Positions 31,321 through 41,785 of a stretch of 64,000 nucleotides of DNA are shown here, piece after piece. A program made the translations under genes and the position numbers. Position 1 is the stretch's first letter; each line of letters opens with the position of its first letter. This stretch comes from a bacterium. Lineage in GTDB: Bacteria; UBA8248. Location of the stretch: the NCBI GenBank assembly GCA_965221165.1, contig CBDCRP010000003.1:1280001-1344000 (forward strand), read 5' to 3'. The notes beneath the pieces were generated by a model. The model searched no databases. It was not told where the DNA came from and saw only the letters and a list, made by a program, of their open reading frames with translations.

Positions 31321-33270
31321 CTAGCGAATCGGCGAGCCCGGCGCCACCGCCTCGTCCACGTCCACGAGCATGAGTTTCTCACCTTCCTCGGCGGCGAGCA
31401 CCATGCCCTGTGATTCCACACCCATCAACTTGGCGGGGGCGAGGTTGGCCACCAGTATCACCTTCCGGCCCGCCAACTCCTCGGGCGCATAATGTTTCGC
31501 CAGGCCCGCCACGACGGTTCGGGTTTCCTCACCGAGCGAAACGGTGAGCTTCAACAAGTTTTTCGACTTGGGAATGCGCTCGGCCCCCAGCACCCGGGCC
31601 GCGCGCAAATCCATCTTCTGAAATTCCTCGATGGATATCCGTTCTTTCTCATCCTCTTGTGGCGCGGCTTCCGCACCATCGGCGATGCGCCGGGCCACCT
31701 TCTCCCGAATGGCCACTTTCGCCTCATCCTCGATGCGCGGGAACAGCGGAAGCCCGAGTCGGGTACTCAGCTCATCCGGCAGCCCGCGCATGTCGAGCAA
31801 TTCGGCATAAGGAGCGCTCGCCCAATCGGAGGGCAGGCCGAGTTGCGCCGCTATCTTCTGCGCGGAGGCGGGCATGACGGGAGATATCATCGCCGCGACG
31901 ACTCGAATCGCCGCCACGGCGTGCCAGAGCACCGAACACAGGCGGGCCTCGTTCCCCTCTTTCGCGAGCGTCCAGGGGGCGTTCGCGTCGATATATTTAT
32001 TGGCGCAGGAAATCACCTCCCAGGCGGCTCTCAGGCCGTTCTGGAAGTGGGTGGCCGACATGCCGCGCTCGTATTTCAAGGCCGCATCGGCCACGAATTC
32101 GTAAAAAGCGCTCTCCGCTTCGGAATCGCCGGACGGCGAACGCTCGAGGCGGCCGTCGCGATAGCGCTTCACCATGTTCAGGGTCCGGTGCAGCAGGTTC
32201 CCCAAATCGTTCGCTAGATCGCTGTTGATGCGGTCGATCAGGGCGTTGTGGGAGAAATCGCCATCCAGCCCGAAGGGGATTTCCTTGAGCAGGAAATAGC
32301 GGATGGCGTCGACGCCGTATTCCTCGATCAGCCAATGCGGGTCAACCGCGTTGCCCAGGCTTTTGGACATCTTCTGGCCCTCGACCGTCCACCACCCGTG
32401 GCTGAAAACCTGCCCGGGCAGGGGAACCCCGGCGGAGAGCAGGAAGGCGGGCCAGTACACCGCGTGGAATCTCAGAATGTCTTTTCCGATGAAATGCTGA
32501 TCCGTCGGCCAGGGGCTTCCCTCGCGAACCCCGTTCTCATCGAAGCCCGGAGCGGTCAGGTAATTGCTCAGCGCGTCGAACCACACGTAAATCACGTGGT
32601 TTTCATCCCCCGGCACGGGGATGCCCCACTGAAAACTCGTGCGCGAGAGGGAAAGATCCTTCAAACCGCCACGCACGAAGCTCATCACCTCGTTTCTTCT
32701 GGTCTCGGGCTGAACGAACTGAGGGTTTTTCTCGTAATGCTCCAGAAGCGGCTCCGCGAACCTGCTCAGGCGAAAGAAATAACTCGGCTCCTCCACCCAT
32801 TCGACCTCGGCACCCGTAGGGGCCAGCTTTCCGCCCTCAGTACCCTCGGTGAGTTCGCTCTCGGTGTAGAAGGCCTCGTCGCGAACAGCGTACCAGCCGG
32901 CGTAGGCGCCCAGGTAGATGTCGCCCGCCGCCTCCACGCGCCGCCAAAGCTCCTGAACGCCCCGGATGTGGCGCTCCTCCGTCGTGCGGATGTAATCGTC
33001 ATAGGAAATATCGAGCTTTTCCCAGAGTTCGCGGAATTTCGCGCTGTTCATGTCGCAAAAAGCATGGGGGTCCATGCCGGCCTCGCGAGCGGCGCGCTCG
33101 AGTTTCTGGCCGTGCTCGTCCGTGCCGGTGAGAAACTGCGTCGGCTCGCCGCGCAGCCTGTGAAAACGGGCCTTGGCGTCGCACGCCACCGTCGTATAGG
33201 CATGGCCGAGGTGCGGCTTGTCGTTGACGTAATAAATCGGCGTAGAAACGTAGAATGGTTTTTTTGTCAT
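31321..33270 (-). CDS. metG: Methionine--tRNA ligase
   Basis: HLGH and KMSKS motifs plus a C-terminal tRNA-binding domain. Confidence 0.97.
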   Translation of the reverse strand: MTKKPFYVSTPIYYVNDKPHLGHAYTTVACDAKARFHRLRGEPTQFLTGTDEHGQKLERAAREAGMDPHAFCDMNSAKFRELWEKLDISYDDYIRTTEERHIRGVQELWRRVEAAGDIYLGAYAGWYAVRDEAFYTESELTEGTEGGKLAPTGAEVEWVEEPSYFFRLSRFAEPLLEHYEKNPQFVQPETRRNEVMSFVRGGLKDLSLSRTSFQWGIPVPGDENHVIYVWFDALSNYLTAPGFDENGVREGSPWPTDQHFIGKDILRFHAVYWPAFLLSAGVPLPGQVFSHGWWTVEGQKMSKSLGNAVDPHWLIEEYGVDAIRYFLLKEIPFGLDGDFSHNALIDRINSDLANDLGNLLHRTLNMVKRYRDGRLERSPSGDSEAESAFYEFVADAALKYERGMSATHFQNGLRAAWEVISCANKYIDANAPWTLAKEGNEARLCSVLWHAVAAIRVVAAMISPVMPASAQKIAAQLGLPSDWASAPYAELLDMRGLPDELSTRLGLPLFPRIEDEAKVAIREKVARRIADGAEAAPQEDEKERISIEEFQKMDLRAARVLGAERIPKSKNLLKLTVSLGEETRTVVAGLAKHYAPEELAGRKVILVANLAPAKLMGVESQGMVLAAEEGEKLMLVDVDEAVAPGSPIR

Positions 33271-34205
33271 TGTTTCGAGCCGTTTTCCTTCCGTGTAGCG
33301 CTTTGAGACTCATCGTTTTGCGCGGCGGTTTTAAGAGAAAACTGGCCCGTGGGCAAGCGCATCAAATCTTTCGCGTGAACCGTCATGAAATCTCCGGTTT
33401 CGAGAGCGAGGGTCACCTCTTCCTTGAGCAGGTCCTGACGCACGACGGTCGCGCCGCAGTCGCAGCCGCCGACTTTCTTCTTGCATGCGGGCAATTTCTT
33501 CTTCACCGACACGTAATGGGAATGCTCGAAGCGAAGACAGCACTTGAGCCGCCCGCAGCCGCCGGAGAGTTTGACGGGGTTTAAGCTCAGGTTCTGATCC
33601 TTCGCCATGCGAACGGAAATGGGGTCGAACGCCTTGAGAAAAGAACTGCAACAATAGGTGCGCCCGCAATCTCCGCATCCGCCCTTCATCCCCGCCTCGT
33701 CGCGAACGCCGATTTGGCGCATCTCCACGCGGACGGAGAGACGCTCGGCAAGCACCCGCACCAGCTTCCTGAAATCCACGCGGCCGTCGGAGGAGAAATA
33801 AAACGTCGCCTTTTTGTTCGAGTGAATGTAGCGAACCTCGACGAGGCGCATGGGCAGCTTCAGTTCCGATATCTTCGCCCGGCAAAAATCATAAGCGCTT
33901 TTCTCGTTCGCTTCGGTGCGAACCACCTTTTTCTCGTCATCCTCGGTGGCTCTCCGCAGCACTCCGGGAAGGGGGTCCGGATAATAGCGCGAATCCATGA
34001 CCCGGGGATTTTCGGATATCTCGCCGAACTCCGTATCGCCGTCTTTGGTCCTGGTCATGACCTTCATGCCGACCTGAAGACGCAAATCCCCATAGGTGTG
34101 ATGAACCGGCCGCGCGCCGAAGCGCGTCTTGACCCCGACCACTCCGATTTTCCGCGTCTCGGGCGGTGCCTCCGCAAGGGCGCCACCATTCGATGTTTCA
34201 CTCAT
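33267..34205 (-). CDS. ricT: PSP1/RicT (YaaT) family protein
   Basis: RVDFRKLV, RQIGVRDEA, GDCGR.YCC and LSGGCGRLKCCL motifs; conserved position after holB. Confidence 0.88.
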   Translation of the reverse strand: MSETSNGGALAEAPPETRKIGVVGVKTRFGARPVHHTYGDLRLQVGMKVMTRTKDGDTEFGEISENPRVMDSRYYPDPLPGVLRRATEDDEKKVVRTEANEKSAYDFCRAKISELKLPMRLVEVRYIHSNKKATFYFSSDGRVDFRKLVRVLAERLSVRVEMRQIGVRDEAGMKGGCGDCGRTYCCSSFLKAFDPISVRMAKDQNLSLNPVKLSGGCGRLKCCLRFEHSHYVSVKKKLPACKKKVGGCDCGATVVRQDLLKEEVTLALETGDFMTVHAKDLMRLPTGQFSLKTAAQNDESQSATRKENGSKQ

Positions 34206-34214
34206 TTTCTCACC

Positions 34215-35240
34215 TCAAACCCCGGCGGGAACAGTCTCCCGCAGAGAATATACCAAAGTCTCGAGCGTCAGGGACGGGTTGGTATTCCCGCCTCCCACGT
34301 CGCGCATGGCCGACCCCACCCTTTCGAGGGCTTTGGTCAGACCTGCGCTTCCCCAGCGCTCTCCCATGGCGGCCAGCGCCGCCCGTATGTCCGTATGCCA
34401 TAATTCTATCGTCTCGGGCGATTCCTGCGTGATGAGTATATCGCGAAGCAGCCCGCGAAGCATTTCCAAAAAGAGAATCGTCTCGTTTCTTCCCGAAGCC
34501 CCGCTCCCCGCCCGTTCGGAGGCGAGCGTAATGAGGGTCACTTCGTCCGCCCGGCCCGCCGGCGCGCTCAACTCCTCGAGGAACCGCATCGCCTCCTCCC
34601 TGCGCTCGGAGAGAGCGCCTGCGTCCGAGGAAAGGGCGACGCCCAGCCTCCCCATGCTGAGTGAGACGAGTTTCTCCACGTCTGCACCATCCTCCCCGGA
34701 TCGCTCATTGAGGATGGCGACCAAATCCGCGCGCGCCAGAGCCTGAAACCTGAGCCGCCTGCAACGCGAGATCACCGTCGGCAGCAGCGTATGGAGGTTC
34801 GGAGTCACCAGAATCAAAATCGTACCGACGCTCGGCTCTTCCAGCGTTTTGAGCAGGGCGTTCTGACTCACCCGCGTCAGCAGATGCGCATCCTCGATGA
34901 TGAAAACCTGCCGCATCCCCTCGTTGGGACGCTGATGGGCGCGCCAGATCACCTCCTCCCTGATCAACTCCACCTTGATGGAGCGCGACCCCGCTACCGG
35001 GCGGATGGAAACGACATCGGGATGCACATTCGCGCGCACCTTCTCGCACGCGATACAATCCCCGCACGGCGGAGTCTCCCCCGGGCATTGCAAGACCTGG
35101 GCGAAAAGACACGCCGCGCTCGCCTTGCCCACCCCATCGGGGCCATAAAACAAATAAGCGCTCGCCACCTGTCCGGACGATATGTCCCTTCGCAGCAGCC
35201 TTAAGGCTGCGTCCTGGCCGCGGATGGATTTCCAGCCCAT
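34215..35240 (-). CDS. holB: DNA polymerase III subunit delta'
   Basis: AYLFYGPDGVGK, Cys cluster, HPD, NALLKTLEEP and ISRC motifs. Confidence 0.93.
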   Translation of the reverse strand: MGWKSIRGQDAALRLLRRDISSGQVASAYLFYGPDGVGKASAACLFAQVLQCPGETPPCGDCIACEKVRANVHPDVVSIRPVAGSRSIKVELIREEVIWRAHQRPNEGMRQVFIIEDAHLLTRVSQNALLKTLEEPSVGTILILVTPNLHTLLPTVISRCRRLRFQALARADLVAILNERSGEDGADVEKLVSLSMGRLGVALSSDAGALSERREEAMRFLEELSAPAGRADEVTLITLASERAGSGASGRNETILFLEMLRGLLRDILITQESPETIELWHTDIRAALAAMGERWGSAGLTKALERVGSAMRDVGGGNTNPSLTLETLVYSLRETVPAGV

Positions 35241-35854
35241 TCGAATTTTTCCTTCACAATCGTCACTACCTCCTCGTGCACCTGCTGAATCGCGCCCTCG
35301 CCCAACACGTGAAAACGATGGGGTTCGCGCTTCGCCAGCACCTCGAAACCCGCCTGCACCCTGCGGTGAAACGCCAGACTCTCGCCCTCGAGCCGATCGC
35401 CCACACTCTCCCCCCGCGCGCGAGAGAGGCCTTCTTCCAGCGCTACGGAGAAGAGCAGCGTCAGGTCGGGGGTAATCCCCCCGCTCGCCACCCGGTTCAA
35501 CTCCATCACCATGCGCTCATCCAGCCCCCGCCCGAACGCCTGGTACGCCGTCGTGGAATCGAAAAACCGATCGCAAAGGACGTAGCGTCCCGCCTCTAAG
35601 GCCGGCCGAATCACCTCGCTCACGTGCTGCGCCCGCGCCGCCTCGTAAAGAAGGAGTTCCGTGGCGGCGTCGAGAATTTCATCGCGCGGAGCGAGGAGCA
35701 GCCCCCGAATCTCCTCTCCTGTCTTCGTGCCGCCGGGCTCGCGCGTGGCGAGAACCGGAAACCCCGCCTCCTCCATCCACGCCCGCAGGCGCGCCATCTG
35801 GGTCGACTTGCCGCAACCCTCCACACCCTCGAACGTGATGAAACTACCGCGCAT
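35201..35854 (-). CDS. tmk: Thymidylate kinase
   Basis: FITFEGVEGCGKST, TREPGG and CDRF.DST.AYQ motifs. Confidence 0.96.
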   Translation of the reverse strand: MRGSFITFEGVEGCGKSTQMARLRAWMEEAGFPVLATREPGGTKTGEEIRGLLLAPRDEILDAATELLLYEAARAQHVSEVIRPALEAGRYVLCDRFFDSTTAYQAFGRGLDERMVMELNRVASGGITPDLTLLFSVALEEGLSRARGESVGDRLEGESLAFHRRVQAGFEVLAKREPHRFHVLGEGAIQQVHEEVVTIVKEKFEWAGNPSAARTQP

Positions 35855-35940
35855 CGGCGAAATTTCCTTTCCTCAAAGCGTCTCCGGAGACAGCTTAACA
35901 CAACCGGCCCATGGGGCGGGGCCAGCGGGCGGGCGAGCGA

Positions 35941-37320
35941 TCAGTTCCCATCCAGCTTGCGGTAAATGGTGCGCGTGGCGATTCCCAGAAGACGGGCGGC
36001 GGCGCTTTTGTCACCACCCGTGTGGCGGAGGGTCTCCAGGATCACCCGGCGCTCAACCTCCGCGAGCGGGGTGCCGATCTCGAGGTTGATGAGCGGCAAG
36101 TCCGACGCCATCGGCTGTTCCTGGCTCGAGCGCTCGCCCCGGGCGACTTGCGCAGGCAAATCATCCACCGAAAGAATTTCTCCCCGGCTCAACACCACGG
36201 CGCGCTCCACCATATTTTCGAGTTCCCGCACATTTCCCGGCCAATGGTAGTTCGACATCGCATCGAGCGCCTCGCGTGAAAACGCGAGAGCGGGGCGGTT
36301 GTTCTTCGCGGCGAAACGCTGAAGGAAATGCTCGGCGAGAAAGGGAATGTCGCTGCGCCGATCCCGCAGAGAGGGCAGGTGGATGGTGATCACGTTCAGG
36401 CGATAGTAGAGGTCGTCGCGAAACCTCTTCTCGGCCACGGCGGTTTGCAAGTCCGCGTTGGTGGAAGCCACGATCCGCGCGTCCACCTTGAGGGTTTCCG
36501 TCCCGCCGACGCGCTCGAATTCGCCCTCCTGCAAGACGCGAAGAATCTTCGGCTGAAGAACGGGGGGCATATCCCCGATTTCATCGAGAAACAGCGTACC
36601 CTCGTCCGCGAGCTTGAAGCGGCCTTCCTTCCGGCCCACGGCGCCCGTAAACGCCCCGCGCTCGTAGCCGAAGAGTTCGCTCTCGAGGAGGTTCTCCGGC
36701 AGCGCCGCGCAGTTCACCTTCACCATCGCCTTGCCCGCTCTATCGCTCGCCTCGTGCAGGGCGTTCGCCACCAGTTCCTTGCCCGTCCCGCTCTCGCCCA
36801 GAATCAGGACCGTGGCCGCGGTGGGCGCGACCTGGAGAACCATCTCCTTCACCCGGCGAATCGAGGGGTGGTTGCCCATCATGCCCGAAGTGTCTCTCAG
36901 GCTCTGAAGCTGCGCCCGCAAATCCGCGTTCTCGCGCAGGAGCGCCTGTTTTTCGAGCGCCTTGTCTATCGCTTTGAGAACAACCACGCGCTCCAGCGGC
37001 TTGGTCAAAAAATCATAAGCCCCCTCGCGCATCGCCTCGACGGCCGACTCGATGCTCCCGGCGCCGGAAATCAGAATCACTTCCGTATCCGGGCTGATGC
37101 GCTTGACCTCCTTGAGCAACCCGATGCCGTCCATCCCGGGCATTCTGAGATCGGTGATCAGCAGATTCACGGGCTCGGCGACGAACATCTCGGCGGCGGT
37201 TTCCGCGTCATGCGCCATGGCGACGTCGAACCCCTCCTTGGCGATCATCTTCTGGAGGGCTTCGCGGCTGCCTCGCTTGTCGTCCACCACCATCACGCGC
37301 GCGCCGGCGTGGCCGCTCAT
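35941..37320 (-). CDS. Sigma54-dependent response regulator (NtrC family)
   Basis: Receiver domain, GESGTGKE, GAFTGA, WPGNVREL and a Fis-type HTH. Confidence 0.95.
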   Translation of the reverse strand: MSGHAGARVMVVDDKRGSREALQKMIAKEGFDVAMAHDAETAAEMFVAEPVNLLITDLRMPGMDGIGLLKEVKRISPDTEVILISGAGSIESAVEAMREGAYDFLTKPLERVVVLKAIDKALEKQALLRENADLRAQLQSLRDTSGMMGNHPSIRRVKEMVLQVAPTAATVLILGESGTGKELVANALHEASDRAGKAMVKVNCAALPENLLESELFGYERGAFTGAVGRKEGRFKLADEGTLFLDEIGDMPPVLQPKILRVLQEGEFERVGGTETLKVDARIVASTNADLQTAVAEKRFRDDLYYRLNVITIHLPSLRDRRSDIPFLAEHFLQRFAAKNNRPALAFSREALDAMSNYHWPGNVRELENMVERAVVLSRGEILSVDDLPAQVARGERSSQEQPMASDLPLINLEIGTPLAEVERRVILETLRHTGGDKSAAARLLGIATRTIYRKLDGN

Positions 37321-39524
37321 GCCTTCACCTCCTGCACCACGGGGAGCGGCAGTTCGACGATGAAAGTGGCCCCCGCCCCCTCCTCGCTTTCAAAGCGGAT
37401 GCTTCCCTTGTGCTCGGTGATGATCTGCTGGCTCAGCACGAGTCCGAGGCCCGTTCCATTCACCTTCGTCGTGAAAAACGGCGTGAATAAAGAGGCCTGA
37501 TCCTTGAGGCTGATCCCGGCGCCGCTGTCCGATATCCTGATGGTGAGGTGCTGGTTTTCCAGTTCGGTCCTGACCAGGAGACGACCACCATCGGGCATCG
37601 CGTCGAACCCGTTCAAGATAAGATTCTGAATGGCGACGCGCATTTGCGTTTCATCCAGGACGACGTCGGGCACATCTCTTTCCAGTTCCTTTTCAATCCG
37701 GATTTTTCTGCTCGCCGCCACTTCCGCGTGGAAAATCAGTAAATCCTCGATCATCTCGTTGCAGTCGACCGATGTTCTCTCCGGGCTCGGCATCCGCACG
37801 AATTTGAGATAATCGGCCGTCACCTGGCTGATAATATCCACTTCCGCCCTCACGGATCTGAGCAACGCCCACGCCTCGGAGGTATCCGACTCCTTGAATT
37901 GCGACAACTCATCGCCGAGCAATTCCGCGTTCAGGTTGATGGCCGAGAGCGGGTTGCGTACGGAATGCGCAATCTGGGTGCTCATCTTACCGACGATCGA
38001 GAGCCTGTCGCGTTGCAAGACTTCCTTCTCGAGCGCCTTGCGCCCGGTCACATCCTTCAAATACAAAATCACTTGCAGCGTCGCTCCCGAGGCGTCGAGA
38101 ATCGGGTAGGTGTAGTATTCCATCTCCATCCGGCGCCCATCGTCCCACGAAATCGATTTTTCGAAAAAGCCCGGTTCGCCGGTCGCAAAAGTATCGACGA
38201 TCAGGGATCGCTCGACGAAAGGCTCTGGCACCGCGGTGAGCGGCGATATCTCCCATTGTTGATCCAGCAACTCGGAAACCTCGCGCCCGAAGAGCCTGGC
38301 CATCGAGCGATTGAGCATCCGGATGCGAAAATCCTTGTCCAGAATGCCGATGGCGTCCGTGATGCCGTCGAACAGCGCCTGAAGCCGTCTGTTGCTCTCC
38401 AGCACCTGCTCGGACCAGTGTATCCTGTCCTCGGCCCGTATGCGCCTGCGCTCGCGATCGAGTATCAAAAGGGCGGCCAGAATCAAGGAGATGAACGCGA
38501 AACCCGTCAAGAGCAGACCTTTTCGGAACAAGCGCCCGATCAACCCGACGAACTCCGCAGATGGCGCCGTGAGGGCGAAAGTCCATCTCTCATGCCCCAC
38601 CGGGAAGCTGCTGAAAGCCGTCAGGTATCGCAGGCTTTTCTCTTTTTTCTCGGGCCTCAAGTCCAGGTGCCAATCGAAACCCTTCTCTTCCGTCTTCATG
38701 CGCCCGACCAGTTTTTCCAGTCTCTCATCCCCCAATGCGCGCGCGAGGGTGGACAAATGGATGCCCTCCAGCCGGGGGATGCCCGGAGGAAAGATGATTC
38801 TACCCTCGCCGTCCACGAGCCACGCCCGTCTCCGGCTTCCCGATTGAACGGGTTCGACGAACGCGCGCACCAAATCCGCCATGGAAATGCGCGCGTAGAG
38901 CCATTCGCGCTTTCGCTGCCTCTCTCCTCCTTTGGGCCCATCCTCCTTCGACGCCACGGGCACCGCCACGAACAGGGAGGCGACCCTTCGGGCCTCGTCC
39001 CGAATCACGAGAAGACAGGCGCCTTCCGGCCAGGCGCAGCCCCGTAACGTATCGAGGTATTCCTTCGGAATCGCGGCGCTCGACTCGTGGCCTTCCTGCA
39101 GATACCCCACCTCGCTCACGCGGAACCTTCCGCCCAGCCTTTCGTACAAGCCGCTCATCGCCGCCATTCTTCCCGGATGATGGGGTTCGATCGTGCGCAG
39201 AAAGCCCGCGCTGTAGCGCAAAGACGCCGTGAGCGCCTCCAGGAAAGAAGCAATCCGGTCGCCTGCCTGCTCCACGAGAAGAAGCTGCTGGCGGTTGAAT
39301 CTCTCTGCGATCTCGGCCTTGGCGTCCACGTAGTGCCGATTGGAGAGAAAAATCAATATCCCTATCAAAACGAACGTCCAGGCTATCGTATGATACTGGA
39401 ACTTGCGGTTCACCCGGCGCGATTGCGCGATTCGCGAGCGCGCCGTCCCGTAAGGCCGCGGCAGCCCCCGCTTGCGCCATCTATCGAGAATTCCCCTCAA
39501 CAACCTCGTCCATGCGCTCGACAT
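37317..39524 (-). CDS. Membrane sensor histidine kinase with periplasmic (Cache-like) and PAS domains
   Basis: Two TM segments, H-box AHSVRNPL, N-box, DSGAG, PFFTTK and GTGLGL. Start uncertain. Confidence 0.9.
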   Translation of the reverse strand: MSSAWTRLLRGILDRWRKRGLPRPYGTARSRIAQSRRVNRKFQYHTIAWTFVLIGILIFLSNRHYVDAKAEIAERFNRQQLLLVEQAGDRIASFLEALTASLRYSAGFLRTIEPHHPGRMAAMSGLYERLGGRFRVSEVGYLQEGHESSAAIPKEYLDTLRGCAWPEGACLLVIRDEARRVASLFVAVPVASKEDGPKGGERQRKREWLYARISMADLVRAFVEPVQSGSRRRAWLVDGEGRIIFPPGIPRLEGIHLSTLARALGDERLEKLVGRMKTEEKGFDWHLDLRPEKKEKSLRYLTAFSSFPVGHERWTFALTAPSAEFVGLIGRLFRKGLLLTGFAFISLILAALLILDRERRRIRAEDRIHWSEQVLESNRRLQALFDGITDAIGILDKDFRIRMLNRSMARLFGREVSELLDQQWEISPLTAVPEPFVERSLIVDTFATGEPGFFEKSISWDDGRRMEMEYYTYPILDASGATLQVILYLKDVTGRKALEKEVLQRDRLSIVGKMSTQIAHSVRNPLSAINLNAELLGDELSQFKESDTSEAWALLRSVRAEVDIISQVTADYLKFVRMPSPERTSVDCNEMIEDLLIFHAEVAASRKIRIEKELERDVPDVVLDETQMRVAIQNLILNGFDAMPDGGRLLVRTELENQHLTIRISDSGAGISLKDQASLFTPFFTTKVNGTGLGLVLSQQIITEHKGSIRFESEEGAGATFIVELPLPVVQEVKA

Positions 39525-39602
39525 AAGCATTCCCAGGAAAATCGGCTGGTTTCGACCAGCCTTGTCGCCCAAGGTCCGGGATTCGGGTATGAGGGTCCGA
39601 AA

Positions 39603-39699
39603 ACCACTCCCCCGCCCCGGCGCCACCAGCTTGACAGGGGGGAAATCCCCCCATATCTTGCACAAATTAGCACTCCATGAGCCGGAGTGCCACACCAAA
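39603..39699 (+). repeat. Direct repeat copy 1 (97 bp): duplicate of the hrcA promoter plus CIRCE
   Basis: Nearly identical to 44039-44135; contains TTGACA (39631)-17 nt-TATCTT and a CIRCE. Confidence 0.95.
39667..39693. promoter_or_regulatory. CIRCE operator upstream of the RM cassette
   Basis: TTAGCACTC-CATGAGCCG-GAGTGCCAC, identical to the hrcA copy. Confidence 0.85.
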
Positions 39700-39748
39700 T
39701 CCAGCGCGGAAGACTTGCAACCGTGACCGGCAACCTCAAGAGTACGGG

Positions 39749-41785
39749 ATGGCCACAATGAACAAGATGACAAACGAATCCAGCGAATTTGCACTTTTCT
39801 CCGAGGAGGAGAATCGGGCTCTTGACGAACGCACGTTTATAAAGAATGTAAGAGGCAAGCCAGCGACTTGCGTAAATTGCCTAATTCGCGGTAAGGACGT
39901 GCAACTAAAACCCGAAGAACGCATCCGGCAACTATGGCTGTCCCGCTTAATCGACCAATATGACTATTCCCCCTCACGCATCGCGCTTGAATACTCGATC
40001 ATTTTTGGCCGCGACAGTTCCAAGCGAGCCGACATCGTCGTGTTCGACGCTGACCGTCCCACCGTACCTTACATCATAATCGAAGTGAAACAGGGCAAAC
40101 TGCGCGATGGGAAAGAACAACTTCGCTCCTATGCTCATGCAACCGGCGCGCCGCTGGTTATGTGGAGCAATGGAATTCTAGCCGAAGTCTGGCACCGCAA
40201 GAATCCCAACTACTTCGTTCCCATTCATCATCTCCCACGCGCCAACCAGACGATTGAGGCCATTGTCGATCAGCCTTGGACCATCGAAACCCTTATCTTC
40301 AAGGAGAATGAACGCGAGCGCGAAGGGTCCAAGGCCCGGTCGCTGCGTGATCTGATTGTCGAGATGGAGAACGAAGTTCTCGCGAACGCTGGCGTGGACG
40401 TGTTCGAAGAGGTGTTCAAACTTGTCTTCACCAAACTCTACGACGAGATGTTTCACTACCGGGGCAGACATCCGTTCTTGCGCTTTCGCAACAGCAACAC
40501 GGCAGCACAACTGAAGAGTACGATACAGGAACTTTTCGACGAGGCGAAACAGCAATGGCCCGGTGTGTTCTTGTTCGACGAACGCATCCGCCTTTCCCCT
40601 GATCACTTACAGGTCTGTATCGGCTCACTCGAAGAATGGAAGCTGTTCAACTCCAATCTCGACGTGATCGACGACGCATTCGAGTATCTCGTGAACAAGT
40701 CGTCGAAAGGTGAAAAAGGCCAATACTTCACGCCACGCTGGGTAATCGACATGTGTGTGAAGATGCTCAACCCGCAAGAACATGAGGCGGTAATTGACAC
40801 CGCTTGCGGTTCATCGGGCTTCACCGTGCATACCATGTTCCATGTCTGGCGCAACATCATCGCCGACATGGGATTAAAGGAAAGCCACCTGCTCACGATG
40901 GATGGCAAACCCTCGCGTTGTGAAGACTATGTGCGCGACAAAATGTTCGCAATTGACTTCGATGAAAAGAGCGTTCGCGTCTCGCGCTGTCTGAATCTGA
41001 TTGCGGGCGATGGAGAAACCAACGTCCTGCATCTAAATACGCTCGATTGGCCCAAGTGGGACGAGACCGTGAAGGAAGATGATTGGTTGGATGCCTACGG
41101 CGAAGGCTGGCGGCGGTTGCGTAAACTGCGGGCTAAGACTAAACAAGCGGACTACCGACAGTTCAAGTTCGAAATCCTCATGGCCAATCCGCCCTTCGCA
41201 GGCGACATCAAACAATCCGACATGCTTGCTCCCTATGACTTGGCCCATAAAAAGACAGGTAAGCTGGAACGCGCCGTTGGCCGTGACCTTTTGTTCATCG
41301 AGCGCAACCTCGACTTCCTAAAACCCGGCGGGCGCATGGCGATTGTTTTGCCGCAAGGGCGGTTCAACAACTCGTCCGATCAGCGGGTACGTGAGTTCAT
41401 CATGGAACACTGTCGTATTCTTGCCGTTGTGGGCTTGCACCCAAACACATTCAAACCCCACACTGGCACCAAGACCAGTGTCCTGTTTGTTCAGAAATGG
41501 AACGACAATCCCGCTGCCGGACCACTTTGCCCGAAGGTGGACGATTACAACATATTCTTCGCCACTCAACAGGTAGAAAGCGTCAACAACAGCGGCGAGA
41601 AGGTTTACGTGCGCAACAACGACGGAAACCCGATGCGGGATGCACATGGGCATTTCATTGTCGCTCATGATCTGTTCAATCATGAAGGAAAGACACAAAA
41701 CGGGGTCGCCGAAGCCTTTCGAGAATTCGCTGCCGGGGAGGGCTTAAGTTTTTTTCGCCCCGCCCCTTCGACGGTAGCCAACTAA
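39749..41785 (+). CDS. Restriction-modification enzyme: HsdR_N-type nuclease domain fused to N6-adenine methyltransferase
   Basis: PEERIRQ...RADIVVF...IIEVK nuclease motifs; KGQYFTPR, DTACGSSGF (motif I) and ANPPF (motif IV). Lower GC than flanks. Start uncertain (39749, 39758 or 39767). Confidence 0.9.
   Translation: MATMNKMTNESSEFALFSEEENRALDERTFIKNVRGKPATCVNCLIRGKDVQLKPEERIRQLWLSRLIDQYDYSPSRIALEYSIIFGRDSSKRADIVVFDADRPTVPYIIIEVKQGKLRDGKEQLRSYAHATGAPLVMWSNGILAEVWHRKNPNYFVPIHHLPRANQTIEAIVDQPWTIETLIFKENEREREGSKARSLRDLIVEMENEVLANAGVDVFEEVFKLVFTKLYDEMFHYRGRHPFLRFRNSNTAAQLKSTIQELFDEAKQQWPGVFLFDERIRLSPDHLQVCIGSLEEWKLFNSNLDVIDDAFEYLVNKSSKGEKGQYFTPRWVIDMCVKMLNPQEHEAVIDTACGSSGFTVHTMFHVWRNIIADMGLKESHLLTMDGKPSRCEDYVRDKMFAIDFDEKSVRVSRCLNLIAGDGETNVLHLNTLDWPKWDETVKEDDWLDAYGEGWRRLRKLRAKTKQADYRQFKFEILMANPPFAGDIKQSDMLAPYDLAHKKTGKLERAVGRDLLFIERNLDFLKPGGRMAIVLPQGRFNNSSDQRVREFIMEHCRILAVVGLHPNTFKPHTGTKTSVLFVQKWNDNPAAGPLCPKVDDYNIFFATQQVESVNNSGEKVYVRNNDGNPMRDAHGHFIVAHDLFNHEGKTQNGVAEAFREFAAGEGLSFFRPAPSTVAN

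Noticed and set aside
39677-39748. Extended N-terminus of the RM enzyme starting at the ATG within the CIRCE (likewise hrcA from 44123)
   Set aside because: These starts lie inside the operator at or near the predicted TSS; downstream ATGs are more plausible.
39525-39794. Extended N-terminus of the histidine kinase in the ORF track
   Set aside because: It overlaps the divergent promoter repeat and the RM gene start and does not look like protein.
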